A stretch of 62,320 nucleotides of DNA, counting the filler, from Basidiobolus ranarum (taxonomy: Eukaryota): assembly GCA_040143965.1 (NCBI GenBank). It is 8 parts of 8 records of this genome, joined end to end, with 100 filler letters (N's around TTAATTAATTAA, not from the genome) between each part and the next. Parts side by side here need not be neighbours in the genome. Positions count along the whole stretch, not along the records: positions 7,827 to 15,542 come from JASJQH010007951.1; positions 15,643 to 23,355 come from JASJQH010007952.1; positions 23,456 to 31,159 come from JASJQH010007953.1; 5 more parts are not named here. One strand, given 5' to 3'. Below the pieces are notes generated by a model, which was not told the origin of the DNA, searched no databases, and saw only the letters and a list, made by a program, of their open reading frames with translations. Shown piece by piece: positions 11,591 through 24,170 of this stretch; within the stretch, counting starts at the first letter, position 1; every line of letters starts with the position of its first letter. A program made the translations under genes and the position numbers.

Positions 11591-12376
11591 TCTATAGTTT
11601 GTAAAGTAGTTACAAGGTGATGAGATATGGTATATATAAGGATCAGTGAAAATTCTGTCCTGGGATTCTGTCCTTGCGGTTTATCCACTGCCAAGACTCC
11701 AATTTGTCAACTGGCCAACGAATGGTCTAATCGCATTTCCACCCCTTTGCACAAATCCCACGGTTGGTATAGATATAAGGTTTGGTGAGGTTTTGTTACC
11801 AGTTTGACAGTTTATTGGATACTGGTGACGCAGCCAAGCACGTGCCACCATACATGCAGAATCTATCTTCCATTATTGGATGCATTGTTTGTGGGTGGAT
11901 TATGGACGAATGGATGATTGAAATACTGGCTGAATGATCGGTAAAAGAAATCTCATTAACAGGTATGCATTGCCAATTAGCTATATCTCCTCCAATTAAA
12001 CTATTAACTGATGTATGGTAAAGCGTATGGTAAAGCATAGGCATATTGCTAAAATTAACGGGTATACTAAGTTCCCTTGCTCAAGAAAGTGTTTACTCCC
12101 ATTACTAGAAAATATAATACATACAACTTGAACAATACAAATATCAATGGGAAAGAAAATTCTGACCTCAAATATCTTGTTTCTCTGATCAGAACAATGA
12201 GCAGCTTGCAATTTTTATTTTCGATACTAGAAAGCAGGATAATTGAATGGTGCGAGTTTCTTTTTTTATGTGAAGTATCAGCCCGATCTGAGCATTGAAA
12301 TGGAGAGTAACACTGCTAAAGAGAGAAGTTACAGAATCCAGGTCCAATTAGAGAATAATCTTTTACCTCAGCCTGA

Positions 12377-13260
12377 TCATTTGTGTAGAAACTCAGCAAT
12401 ACCAACCCATTTTTCTAGTTGAATCTGATCAATCTCCAACTCCTTGATTCTATCAGGGGAGGCCTTTGACCAGACATAATTGATTTGTTCTGCACGAGTC
12501 AAGGTGTGAAGATGAGGGGAAAACCTCTTGGCTTCTTCTTTAGTGATAAGGTCTAGGAAGTAAGATAAATTCAAAAATCCTTCAGTCCAATTAATTCTGA
12601 GCTTCCAATCGTTTAGCAATCTCATATGCTACCGCCCCACCTTAAGAATGGACGTTCATTCACATAATACTTGGCCAAGTTCACAAAGATAAGGACTTCA
12701 CCCACACCAGGGTGGACAAAGAATATAGGCACACCTGATCCTGTTACTTGTAATGCAACAACTGGATCATAGTTCTGGTTGGGCAAACCTCCAGTGGCAT
12801 TCGATATGTTGCAAGTGCTCGAATAGTTGGATACTGTATAATTCTGATGACTGGCCAATTCTGTAATGGAAAATATGAATTAGTTAAAAACCCATGATAA
12901 TTACATAGTACAACTCTAGTCTTACCCTGGCTAAATTGAAGTGTTCAATAATTCTTGCTTTGTATCTATACAATAGAAACCTACTTGCTAAATGCATAAA
13001 ATCATCGAATAAAGAAAATCAACTTACTGTACGGCTTGTAGAGACGAGCCTCCCTTACTGAAGAAGTTCTCTTCTATACACATAGCACCCGAAGGTATAT
13101 TTTACACAAGAAGGAAGCCAAAGCGATTTCCGCAGTTGGTTTCTTTTATTTCAAAGTCTTTCTTGTTTGGACAATTTGTTCTACGGCGACTTGTTCGGTT
13201 TGAGAGCCCTTTGGCCGGGTGGGACAAACAGCGACAAATGAAGGGACAATTTCGTTTATA
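12377..13260 (-). pseudogene. NRPS-like (A-T-TE) enzyme pseudogene, C-terminal part
   Basis: A-domain tail EIVPSFVAVCPTRPKGSQTEQ. T domain NFFSKGGSSLQAVQ|YKARIIEHFNLAR|NWPVIRIIQYPTIRALATY, with introns 13027-12966 and 12925-12861. TE domain YDPVVALQVTGSGVPIFFVHPGVGEVLIFVNLAKY..ERPF, GGAVAYEIAKRLEAQ, INWTEGFLNLSYFLDLI. Deletions remove most of the A domain and the TE GxSxG serine. Confidence 0.85.
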
Positions 13261-14371
13261 TGTGGTATTGTGACTGCAGAAATTCAGTGATTCGAGTTCA
13301 GTAAAATCTGTATTAGCATCTCTTGGCAGATATGATTGGTTAAAACATGGTCATGTTGCAACGATTAGGATAACAATATGGTTGTAACAATAGTATATTT
13401 TCACAGTTACCTCCGCTTCTACCTAGACCATACAAGTGACTATTTTTACGGCTTATATCTGTCTTTCCAATTTACTGGAATATCTTATACATTTAGCAAA
13501 GTAGGTTATACTCGGACGCTTGAATTCTAACCTAGAACAAAGAGAAACTGTGATCGCCGCCATGAACTTTGACTAACTAGTATTTAGCCGTCATTATTAT
13601 AACTAAATTAGGGACGTAAGTAATGCACCTTAAGTAATGCACGTAATATCATAGCTTCAATTACTCAACACTTACGAATTATCTAAACAGACAAAATAAA
13701 ATTATATATATTTAAACAAATGTAAGATCTAGTTACTTATCTAGTTGCTTGATCTTCTGATTCAGGACATAGCAAGTCCAATTAAGGATATGACTTGGAT
13801 GTAATTAAGGATTTGACTTGTAACTTACCGTTACATTGTGTATTTACCTCATGAATATCACGCCTAAGCAGTAAATCTTCAAAAATAGGTTGACTTTATT
13901 CTAAAGCTAGGTAATGAAAATGCCATTGTAACTTTCAAGGGAATGTAAGTGGTATTGTCCTAACCATGATAGTAACCGATAGGGCAGGGCCAACAACTCA
14001 CCGCCAACACATGCATTATCAGTATATTTCTGACATTTACTGAAATTATATCTCTTAACGACCATCAGAAATAGGTGTGATTTTAGCAACCAATCAGGAT
14101 ATCCACCAATCTGTATATCTACTGCAGCTGATGATTATGTAGATCCCAACATTACAGGAGGCAGCAGGAGAGTGCTCGCTGGGAACCTAATCATTGATAA
14201 TAAGAGTGTTTTCAGGTAATCAATTACGTAATCAGTAAAGGCCAAGCGGCCAGAATATGCTGCTCTATATGCACTGCCCTGCGCTTGTCCCTACTTTCAT
14301 TAAGTGACTTTGTTATAAAAATGGCAGTCTTGTTTGTTCAGAAAAAGAGAAAGCAAGAAGATACTTACGCA

Positions 14372-14656
14372 ATGAAGTTTCCAGTTCTAATTACTCTCTT
14401 CGCCATAGCTATTGGAGCAAAGGCTTGTGAAAACGCATGCACTACTGTAGGGCTGAGGAATGGACGCTGTTTCTATCAATGCGCAAATAATGTATGTAGA
14501 ATGCCAGCAACACGTCACCGTAGCCAGTTCCTAAACAGTCTTCAAGCCAGTGGGTATACTTGTGAAAGTGAATCTGCAAATGGAGTATCTTGTCAGCAAA
14601 ATGCTCAGTTTGGTCAATGTGCGCAGCATAAGTGGACTTGTGGTCCGGGATGTTGA
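14372..14656 (+). CDS. Small secreted cysteine-rich protein (94 aa, 10 Cys)
   Basis: Signal peptide MKFPVLITLFAIAIGAKA, then a mature ~76 aa with 10 Cys ending WTCGPGC*. TATAAAA lies ~55 nt upstream. Confidence 0.8.
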   Translation: MKFPVLITLFAIAIGAKACENACTTVGLRNGRCFYQCANNVCRMPATRHRSQFLNSLQASGYTCESESANGVSCQQNAQFGQCAQHKWTCGPGC

Positions 14657-15642
14657 ACAGATTAACATATAATAAACCATAACTCATATTGAGCTATCTA
14701 AACATATTTACTAAACTGATCACTTTTATTTCTCAATATTGCACTTATTGGCGCAAAGTGATTTGATTGATTGGGCAAAATGGGCTAGGGTTGTGGTGAT
14801 TTTGGTAAGAGTGCATTTTTCCAGCATAATCATATTTTAGGCCAATGTAGAGGGTATCTTAGGGGGGAGAAAGTCACCAACAGGTGAAATCTTTATTTCA
14901 AACAAAACTAAGAAGCCATAACTACTTTTGTAGTTTCTTAACTAATGTATGGAGATCAGGAGTATTGGTATGAATGTTGCAAAGTAGAAAAGTTAAGACA
15001 GTAGAGTCTAAGATACTATTGAGTGGAGTGGAAGGGAGTAACAAAGGTAAAAATGGTTTGTCAACAATGGGAATTAGTGGAATGAGACTAGGATTAACAT
15101 AAAGCATAAAGGGAGTATGTTTCTGAAGATATTGCTGTCAAAGGTCCACCAAGTATTCCTTGTAGGCAAGGGAAGGCTTCTCAGCTTGTTCTATAAAGGA
15201 ACCAAATTTTCTGACTTCATGATCTCCTAGCAGTATTCTCCAGCAAGAAGAACAATCAGTCAAGTGGGAGCTTCTCCAGGACTTAATCAGAGGGTTCTGA
15301 CTTTTGCAAATCCTGATGAACAGTCTAGTCTTAAGGTAGAGAATTCTAAGACTATATGTAAGTAAACCAAAAGCCCCAAGAATGGCATGTCTGTAAGGGC
15401 ACTCAGGCAGATGAGAAACTAGGGTTAGGGGGATGAAAAGCACCAGATGGTGTGGACTTTATTTAGCTTAAATACTAATCTAAACAAAGTGACAATCAAG
15501 ACATCAATCTTTTAAGATATTGTGACAATGCTGGATCATATCNNNNNNNNNNNNNNNNNNNNNNNNNNNNNNNNNNNNNNNNNNNNTTAATTAATTAANN
15601 NNNNNNNNNNNNNNNNNNNNNNNNNNNNNNNNNNNNNNNNNN

Positions 15643-16118
15643 TGATGCTGATGACGGTGACGGTGATCCGGAATATTCCAATTTTGATAACATCTATGAC
15701 AGGTAGATTTTGGTACCAAACTTATCCCAAAACATGTCGAGCTCATGATTAACTTTTGTAATTTAGGCTACTACACTGCACCAGATTATATGCAGGGTCT
15801 ATATCCAAATTCTCTACGTCAGCCAATGTACCCAACAGTACTGCACTGTTTTCAGCTTCACTAAATGCTAGTCATCTAAAGCGTGCTAGTAGTTTTAAAC
15901 CCAATACATTGGGTTCTAAAGGTAGCCCCGGCATGTTTCACATAAATAGTATTCCAAAGGGTGTCAAACCCGAATTGCCCACCTATATTAATATGTACGG
16001 AAAGTCGATGAACGGTAATCCCTCAAAAATGAGTAAAAATAGTATCCAGCATCAACCCAATGAACTCCATGGGCTACCAAACGAATCTACTTCATTCCCT
16101 TCTTCGCCAAGACAGTAG
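15643..16118 (+). CDS. 3' end of an unidentified spliced gene
   Basis: DADDGDGDPEYSNFDNIYDR, intron 15703-15766 (GT..TTAAC..TAG), then an in-frame exon LLHCTRLYAGS...SSPRQ* ending at TAG 16118. Confidence 0.5.
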
Positions 16119-18164
16119 ATATGGATTCGATGGCTTGACACGCTTCCTAGTAAAGCCGTAGTTGAGAATTTCAGTACATTTCTTTCGTTTGAATATCCTC
16201 CAATGGCCATTCTTTTTCATCGTATTTACCGTATTTTGTGACTCCACCTTAATATCCAAACATCATTTCCCTGTACACTGTAGTAACCTGGACATTCTCA
16301 AAAATTCATTATATTTTTGTATACTTACACAATCATATGAAATCCATTCCTCACCTTCCGTCCACTTAAATTTGTAGAACTGTCTTAATGTCATAAAGAA
16401 ACAAATTACACTCCACAATAGCCAAGTAGTTTAAGCAAGATCCATAGAAATTTGTTTGTCTTTTGATGGTCTTGTACCAAGCCTACAGAGAAACCCTTTA
16501 ACTTAAGATCAAACCATAAAGATCACAAAATAAGACTAGCGAGCGTTAAACTACCTCAATGAAAATCAATATTCGCCACCAGAGCCAAGTCAACGAATGA
16601 AAGACGCCTTATGGTCATGTCTTGAAGAAGTGTTTTAGACGCAAACGGGTCTAGTATGCTCGAGCCTCCGTGAATGGGCCAGTGAGCTCTCAGGTTACTT
16701 GCAACCACAATGCTACACCAGAACAAGTAGAGTTCGAAGGGTAGCAGAAATTAAGGAAAATATCACCGAGTCAAGCCATTTTTTTTGTAGCATCTAGCAC
16801 ACCCATTCCTTATATATATATATTTCATGTCAATTCAAAGGCTAATCAAGGTTAAATCTGATTTAGAGCCTGAATAAGTAGTTCTTAATATCTGATTTGA
16901 TGTGAAATTGGATGGGACATTGGTGGGTAATCTGTTGCGATAAGAGATGCGAATCGTTGCCACATTGAAGAACCTACGTAATTAAGTATGCATCGACATA
17001 TTTATCCAATTAGTGAGCTATATATATCGGAAAATCCACAAATTATTTCTCCAATGCGCAAACAAACACCAAATACTATATTAGAAAGCGTGGAGTCACT
17101 CAAGTGACGTGCCAGTCAAACCCAGCCTCCCTGTGATATCTTAAAATAATTACAGTTCTCTTTAGTCTTTAAGGGGTCGCAGATCTGCTTATATACGAAC
17201 ACCGAATGCTACTAAGCCCCTAAAGAGCAAGTCCACTCAATGTAAACAAACACAGGCTAGCAACGATTGCCAAGGCATGGGTCGAGAGTGATGGGCGGCA
17301 AATGCTGACAAGTCTCCAATTACCCAATTACCCAATACATCAAACTATGCTGGCGTCTCTTACATCCAATGCATTCACAACCAAGCTTTCAACATCATCC
17401 ATCCTTCTGGAGATGCAGTTGCTTGGGTGTCAGCTCCTTCGTCGTACAACAATCAATATGAAGTGGGCGGTGCAACTATTGGTTTTTAGAAAACTCTAAT
17501 ACTATGACCAGGTGTAGCCTGAAATCACCGTTCCATCGAGTATTGATCAACCAGGCATTAGCCACATTGATCTATGTTGGACTTGCCTTTGGTTGGCAGT
17601 CCAGCCTCCTCGCTGTCACATATGATTGGCTATAATGTATGGGTCAACAAGGGGTTGTCGAAATGAAATTTAGGGCAACAAAGAGGAATCCATCATCTTT
17701 GAGTAGTGAACCCAATCATAGTCTAACAGCATTCACCTTTGCAAGTATTCTCTGGTGACCTTGCTTTGTTGCCAGCAGTTGATTGGATGAAATGGCCTTC
17801 AGACAGATTCGTCGTCAGAGATACAGATGAGTTCTATATGAATAATTACCAAATAAATATACCAATATATGCAAATGGGTCGTTTTCCTGGGGAATATTA
17901 TCGAGCTTGGATCTATTCCACCAGGGAATTTGTTCACCATTGGCGCCATTTAAAAACTTACTAGTTAAAAATGGTAATATCAAGTGTACCTTAAGCTTAT
18001 ATTTTCACCTAGCGATTCTGGGCTTTAGAATATCTTAGGCTCTTTGTTCTGTCTTCGAACACCTAAAGTTGACTCCTTCTTAGGCTCAGTACTTTATTCT
18101 CGATATTTACTAGATACCTATCCTTCGGTTTAGTTAAGCATCTTGCGTGCCCCATTCTTCCACA

Positions 18165-20190
18165 ATGAAGTACGAATATGATGAATCTGGAGTAACCTTT
18201 AATTACTTCCTCTTGTCGGTTGTAGGAATGGCCCTTGTCCCTACAACCGTATCTCTTTTTAGAAAGCCTAAAGGCAAGTCAATGGTTTGTCTTACTATCA
18301 CTCTATTAAAACCAAATACTTACTTTGTTCCTTGGTTCAATAGTCTCTGTAAAGGATCCACGTTCATGCCGTTGCGAGCTCTGTCTGAAGAAAGAGCTCC
18401 ATTTAAGCAGTCAAAAGAAGACCAGCGTTATCAGTAAAAAGTATGTTCTCCTAGCCATAGTGAATACGTAAAGTTCCAATGCTTAAATTTGCTGCTTATT
18501 TTTCAGACTCATTTTCGTCCTTCTCGGCTGGGTATTATTTGGTTTCCTTGCTTATAAGGCTTCCACCACTAAAATTGAAACCAATATTTGGGATCCATAT
18601 GAAATTCTTGGCCTTGACCCTGGATCCACTACAAAGCAGGTCAAAAAGCATTACAAGAAACTTAGTTTGAAGTGGCATCCTGATAAGGTTAGCTCCGAGA
18701 TGGCTGAAGAAGCTGAGAACAAATTCGTAGAAATTACAAAGGCCTATAAGGTACTTACCGACGATGAGATTAGAAAGAATTATGAAGAGTTTGGTCATCC
18801 TGATGGTCGTCAATCCATGTCTCTTGGTATTGCTCTTCCTTCTTGGTTAGTGGACTCCGGTAACTCCTTCTTTGTTTTGGCCATTTACGGAGTGCTATTC
18901 GGGGGTTTACTTCCTCTTTATGTAGGGCGTTGGTGCTACCAATCTCTTCGTTATACAACAGACAGAATCCTCAATCAAACTATGGCCACTTATTTCATAC
19001 AACTGAAGGATGACATTTCTCTTAGGGGATTGGTCGATCTTCTCTCTACTAGTGCTGAATTCAAGGAGGAAGTACCTCTTAAACCCACTGATGCAGTTGA
19101 GGTCCCCAAATTGATCAAACTAATTGAGCAGACACTTGAGGAGCGTGGGGAATTATATGTGGGATCCAAGAAGTACACAGCACCTTACTGTGTCAAAGCA
19201 CATGCTTTGCTGTCTGCACATATCAATCGTATTCCCGTTGAAGACCCGAGCTTAGCAGCCGATCAGCAAGAAATCATCAAGAAATCGATTCATTTAGTCT
19301 TAGGAATGCTTCAAATCTCCACAGCACACAGCTGGTTAGAAACTAGTTTACGTTGTATGGAACTGTCACAAATGTTGGTTCATGGTCTTCAGGTTAACAA
19401 AGCGCCCATCCTTGAACTCCCCCACATTAATGAGGAAATCGCCCGAGCATTTGCCAAGAAGAAGGTTCATTCTGTCAAGCACCTCGTTGAATTCCCTAAT
19501 GATGAAAGAAAATTGATTCTTCGCGACATCTCCAATGAAAACTACGAGAATCTCATGAACGTCGCAATGGATCATCCAACTGTGCAAGTACTTAAGGCAT
19601 ATTTTAAAGTCATTGGAGACGAGGCCATTACCCCTGGTGCTATTGTCACTTGTGTTGTTAAGTTGAACTTGACCTCAGCTCGTTATCGTGCTGAGCATCC
19701 TCAAAAGCCCGCCGAGGAGAATGACGGAGATATGTCCGATGAGGAAGTAGACCGTTTCTTCTCCAAGAAGGGAGAGGATGACCAAAAGCCAATCCGAATT
19801 CACTCACCTCATTTCCCATTAGACAAGAGATCTTTCTGGTGGGTTATAATTTGTGACCCCAGAGGCAATCGTATCATTCTTCCTCCCACTAAGGTTAGCA
19901 ACTTATCATTTGATAAGACTGAGACAGTGAAATTCCAATTCCAAGCGCCACAGCGCCCTGGCCATTATCCTTTCACTGTATTTGTCAAGAGTGATTCCCA
20001 GGTTGGCACAGACTTGAGACGCGATATTCAACTTCATGTCCAAGACTCCTCAGTTCTTCCGGCTGAGGAAGAGATTGAAGATGATATCTCAGAGCCTGAG
20101 GAGGATTCTATTGCTGGGCAAATGGCGCAACTTCGTGCACAACAACAAGGACGAGGAAACGATGGCGATGAAACTTCGGATGAGGAATAG
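18165..20190 (+). CDS. SEC63: Sec63, ER translocon J-domain protein
   Basis: MKYEYDESGVTFNYFLL start. Introns 18274-18343 (GC-AG) and 18441-18506. J domain WDPYEILG...KWHPDK...YGHPDG-like, a Sec63/Brl domain and an acidic tail EEEIEDDISEPEEDSIAGQM. Confidence 0.96.
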
Positions 20191-20911
20191 ATCCCATCAG
20201 ATTCTTACCAATTGACCGGGAAAATTTCTTTCTAAGACTTTGGTATCATCAAATTCGAGAAACCCTGAATGACGCACTCATATATTCATTTCGTATTGAG
20301 TCAGGTTTGATTAAAATACAAGTTTCTCATGACTCTTAATGTTATGTATATCAGTTTTCACCCCCCCCTCTTCACCTTTGATCTTCCCCACACGTATTCG
20401 ACGTGTCTATGACCCATCTTAAAGAATGGTTATTCCTTTTCTCTAAACTATCCATTTTCTTTATCACTATTTCCCCTTATATAATGACCACCCCCAAAAT
20501 CCAAGCCACAATAAATTCCTATTTTGGATAGCCGAAAGATGCACTGTGTAATGTTATGCTGAAGAGAAAACATGTACGTATTGTGTGTACTTGCCTGGAT
20601 CGGAGAATATTTGTGAACATATGTAATCTAATATCCATACAGAATGATCGACCATTTTGAATGCAACTATTGAATTACTCATATTAGCCATAGAATGCCA
20701 AAGAAACAATGTGCATTGTCCTGTCTTTCTATTACAACACTAAGTGGTGGGTGCTTTCGATAATGTTAAGTTAACACAGGTTCTATAGATCGATGTATTT
20801 TATTCATTTGTCATCAAAATAACAATGATACTTATTCAATGAATGATGGTACCAATAGATAGTTCATAAGTAGATCTTGCTCATGAAATGTAATGTATGT
20901 GGCTCTCAGTC

Positions 20912-21220
20912 CATACATAGTCATATTTAACTTAGTATTTAGTCATCTTATATTTCACGAAGATATTACCCATTATTCTCAATCGGAATTTACTTAGAAT
21001 ATTTTTACCAACTTAGTTCTCAGATATATAGATTTTTAAATTTATGCTAGAAGCCCCACTTTCCACACATGTTCCTGGGACCTTCCTTAACACATTCTAC
21101 ATGTTAGTTTGTTTACATCTAGACAAAACTATAAATGTTAACTGAATACTCAATAAGTGAAAACCACCAATTTCTCTAATTCTCCAAACCACTTTCAACA
21201 GGCTCCCAAATACTTTAACA
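20912..21220. mobile_element. LTR copy, truncated at one end, inverted relative to 21355..21683
   Basis: Reverse complement of the LTR at 21355-21683 and 61090-61417; ends in ...TACTTTAACA at 21220. Confidence 0.85.
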
Positions 21221-21354
21221 CTCTTATCTATATATATATACCTAATTTCAACATGATACAATTGCAAGTGTAATTTATATATCTCTTCAAATATCTTAAG
21301 CATTTCCAAAACTACAAACATTACTCAGCATTCTCTTCAATATCATCTACTTTC

Positions 21355-21683
21355 TGTTAAAGTACTTTGGGAGCCTGTTGGAAGTGGTTTGGAGAATTAG
21401 GGAAATTGGTGGTTTTCACTTATTGATTTATTGAGCATTCAGTTGACATTTATAGTTTTGTCAAGATGTAAGCAAACTAATGAGTAGAATGTATTAAGGA
21501 AGGTCCCAGGAACATGTGTGCAAAGTTTGGGGTTTCTAGCACAAGTTTGAAAATCTATATATCTGAGAACTTCTAAGTAAATTCTGATTGAGAATAATGG
21601 GTAATATCTTAGTGAAATATTGGATAACTAAGTACTAAGCTATATATGACTATATAGGTGTTTAGGCAATGCTAATTTCAACA
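21355..21683. mobile_element. Solo LTR (TG...CA) with 5-bp TSD CTTTC
   Basis: TGTTAAAG...ATTTCAACA, flanked by CTTTC at 21350-21354 and 21684-21688; same family as 61090-61417. Confidence 0.92.
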
Positions 21684-22867
21684 CTTTCTACTCCGATCAG
21701 CATGAATAAACAACTTGACTATTGTGACAATATATCTACACATTAATTCATTCCGTTGCTTAAGATGACCTCATTCGTCTCTTGACAGTATTCAAATAGC
21801 CCCCATACCCACAACTTTCCTATTAATGAATATATATGACATGGCGCAACATGCAGAATGACCTCATGTTATTCTACGAAAATCAAATACCCTATGGTGA
21901 CAACATCGGAATATTTATCCAGAAGTGCTCAATAACTGAAATTTGAGTACAAGGATTCTATACCCAGTAATGAATCCCACTTGTATCTTCCATTCCAGTA
22001 TCTACCACAATTCTGAATACCTGAAACCGATCAACCATTCTCTTTTTGGGGGGGAGGGTGAACTCCCATCTCTTCGCCCAAACATCCCGTCGATCGAAGT
22101 ATCCTGAGTTGGAGTTATTAGGTAATCAGAAGCTCCCTCATGTTGGTAATGATTTGGGAAGTATTGGAAAGTTTATTCTGAAGTCACCCAAATCAAAAGA
22201 TACCTCTTGCGACCCCCCCAACCTACAAGTAACCATGACCATAGTGTGTCACACAATCCTGTTAGCACTCATGTGTCCGATTGGATAGATATGGTTGGTA
22301 TCATCCAGATTGGATTCAACTTGCTTTCAGATCAGTATTTTCTATGGTTATCTTCGATGGTGATTCCATACCCAACCTATTCTCCTTGTTCCACCGCCGT
22401 TTGATGTCAGAAAAGCCCGCTTGATTCCAGATCTTGATAGTAGCCAATACAGAATGGGTTTCATTTGACATACTGCCAGAATTGGTGATGGTGATGATAT
22501 GGCTTACCATTTCAAGATATCTACATACATATTGTCATACTGTGCTGATATATCGAGGCAATTAGGGATATTTGGAAATTGGTTGTTATTGAACTGTAAT
22601 ATATAGAAATAATATGCCTAAAAAGTAAATACGAGATGATCTGTGGGTTCAATGTCTTCGCGAATAATACTTAGTTATGATACAGGTGATATATACAAAA
22701 ACACTCGGGCTGGAATTACACCAAATGTTGGATTTGTTCGAGGGAATAGGGGCCTAATGGTTTTGCAACTAATAATTAGGTAACGTGTTTGGTCATATAA
22801 GAAAATTATTATGCAAAATAAGAAACGTCCGTTAGCCGATTCTCTTGATTTTGACCTGCTTCATGCA

Positions 22868-23355
22868 TCATCCAAAATAGGATGTGCGCCTTGGGTCGCT
22901 GAAGGTAAGTGTGGTGTTTTGGCTGGGGGAAATGGCAAAGTAGTCTGCTCCAGATTTGGGTGATACTACAGACAATGGTATGGATAGATTAAGCCCTATC
23001 TTTAAGGCTTCCTGCTGAATTGGGTTATGAGAGTTACTGGAGTTTAGCCTCTCACATCCAGGCGCACCCATTAGTCTCCACAGTACCGCTTCGTAGCAAA
23101 AAACGAATTGTCGCAAAGTTTGCACCATAGAAAGACGTTGATCTCGGAATTGATCGACGGTTTCTGCAATCAAATCCTCTTTCATGGTATGTATCTGATT
23201 TCGCGATAGAGATTCAAGTACAGTATCAATAGTACAGAAGGCTCCCGTTCTACCACAACCAGCACTACAATGAACAATCATTGGACCGGCTCTTTTTGAC
23301 TCTTGCATATCACGAGCAAGATCACGTAATGCTAACACACTAGAAGGGTCACTGG
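22868..23355 (-). CDS. Protein tyrosine phosphatase, 3' part (cut by linker)
   Basis: P-loop VHCSAGCGRTGAF and Q-loop QRLSMVQTLRQFVFCY. Confidence 0.93.
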
Positions 23356-24170
23356 NNNNNNNNNNNNNNNNNNNNNNNNNNNNNNNNNNNNNNNNNNNNT
23401 TAATTAATTAANNNNNNNNNNNNNNNNNNNNNNNNNNNNNNNNNNNNNNNNNNNNTAACTAGGGAATCTGGGCATTCTTAAATGATGGTGTATGTAAAGC
23501 TCGGCAATAAACAGTTGCCAAAGGCCTGTATCATCACCATGAATGCACTTTCATCCCCATCAATAGAATATACCAATGGGGAATGCGCATTATCATAGCA
23601 CATACTCATCCTATCTCTCAGTTGATGAATGTTGCATTCACAATATCTGGACTCAAGCCGAAAACAACCCCTACTTCTGGAGCCCTCGCACCCTCATTGT
23701 TTATCTATGGCCAGAGTGTTGGCTGTGCTTGACATAATGTCCGTCTTGGTTAGCTCTCTATCTATCTAACTTGTGGTCAGTTGGTATTGTCTCTTCCTTT
23801 TTTGGAAAGAGCTGCGTAGTATAGGGATATGAGACTGACGTATTACAAAGACGTTCTGAATAGTAATATGGCAATTCATCTTGAAACTTCAAAAAGAATG
23901 GGATACTGCAGTTAAAATTATTACATTGTGAAAATAAAAAAATCAAAGTGATCGCTTCGAGTAGTGCTTAAGTGTGTGTGATCTTCGACCCCTTAAGAGC
24001 ATCATCATTGCTGTGTTATTCTAATAGTTTTCCTTCTCTAAAGAAAACTATTGGCATTCGCAAGGATCTTTTATCCAGTTATCTGCGAAGCCATCTATCC
24101 ATAGAACTTCCAACTTCTTTTCTATTGTTTGCTTTTTCTCTATTTTTGTAATTTGCTAAACACATAAGTT

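Noticed and set aside
14900-15542. Possible non-LTR retrotransposon tail (CpG-poor, short minus-strand ORFs)
   Set aside because: No RT or endonuclease motif is visible, so it cannot be supported.
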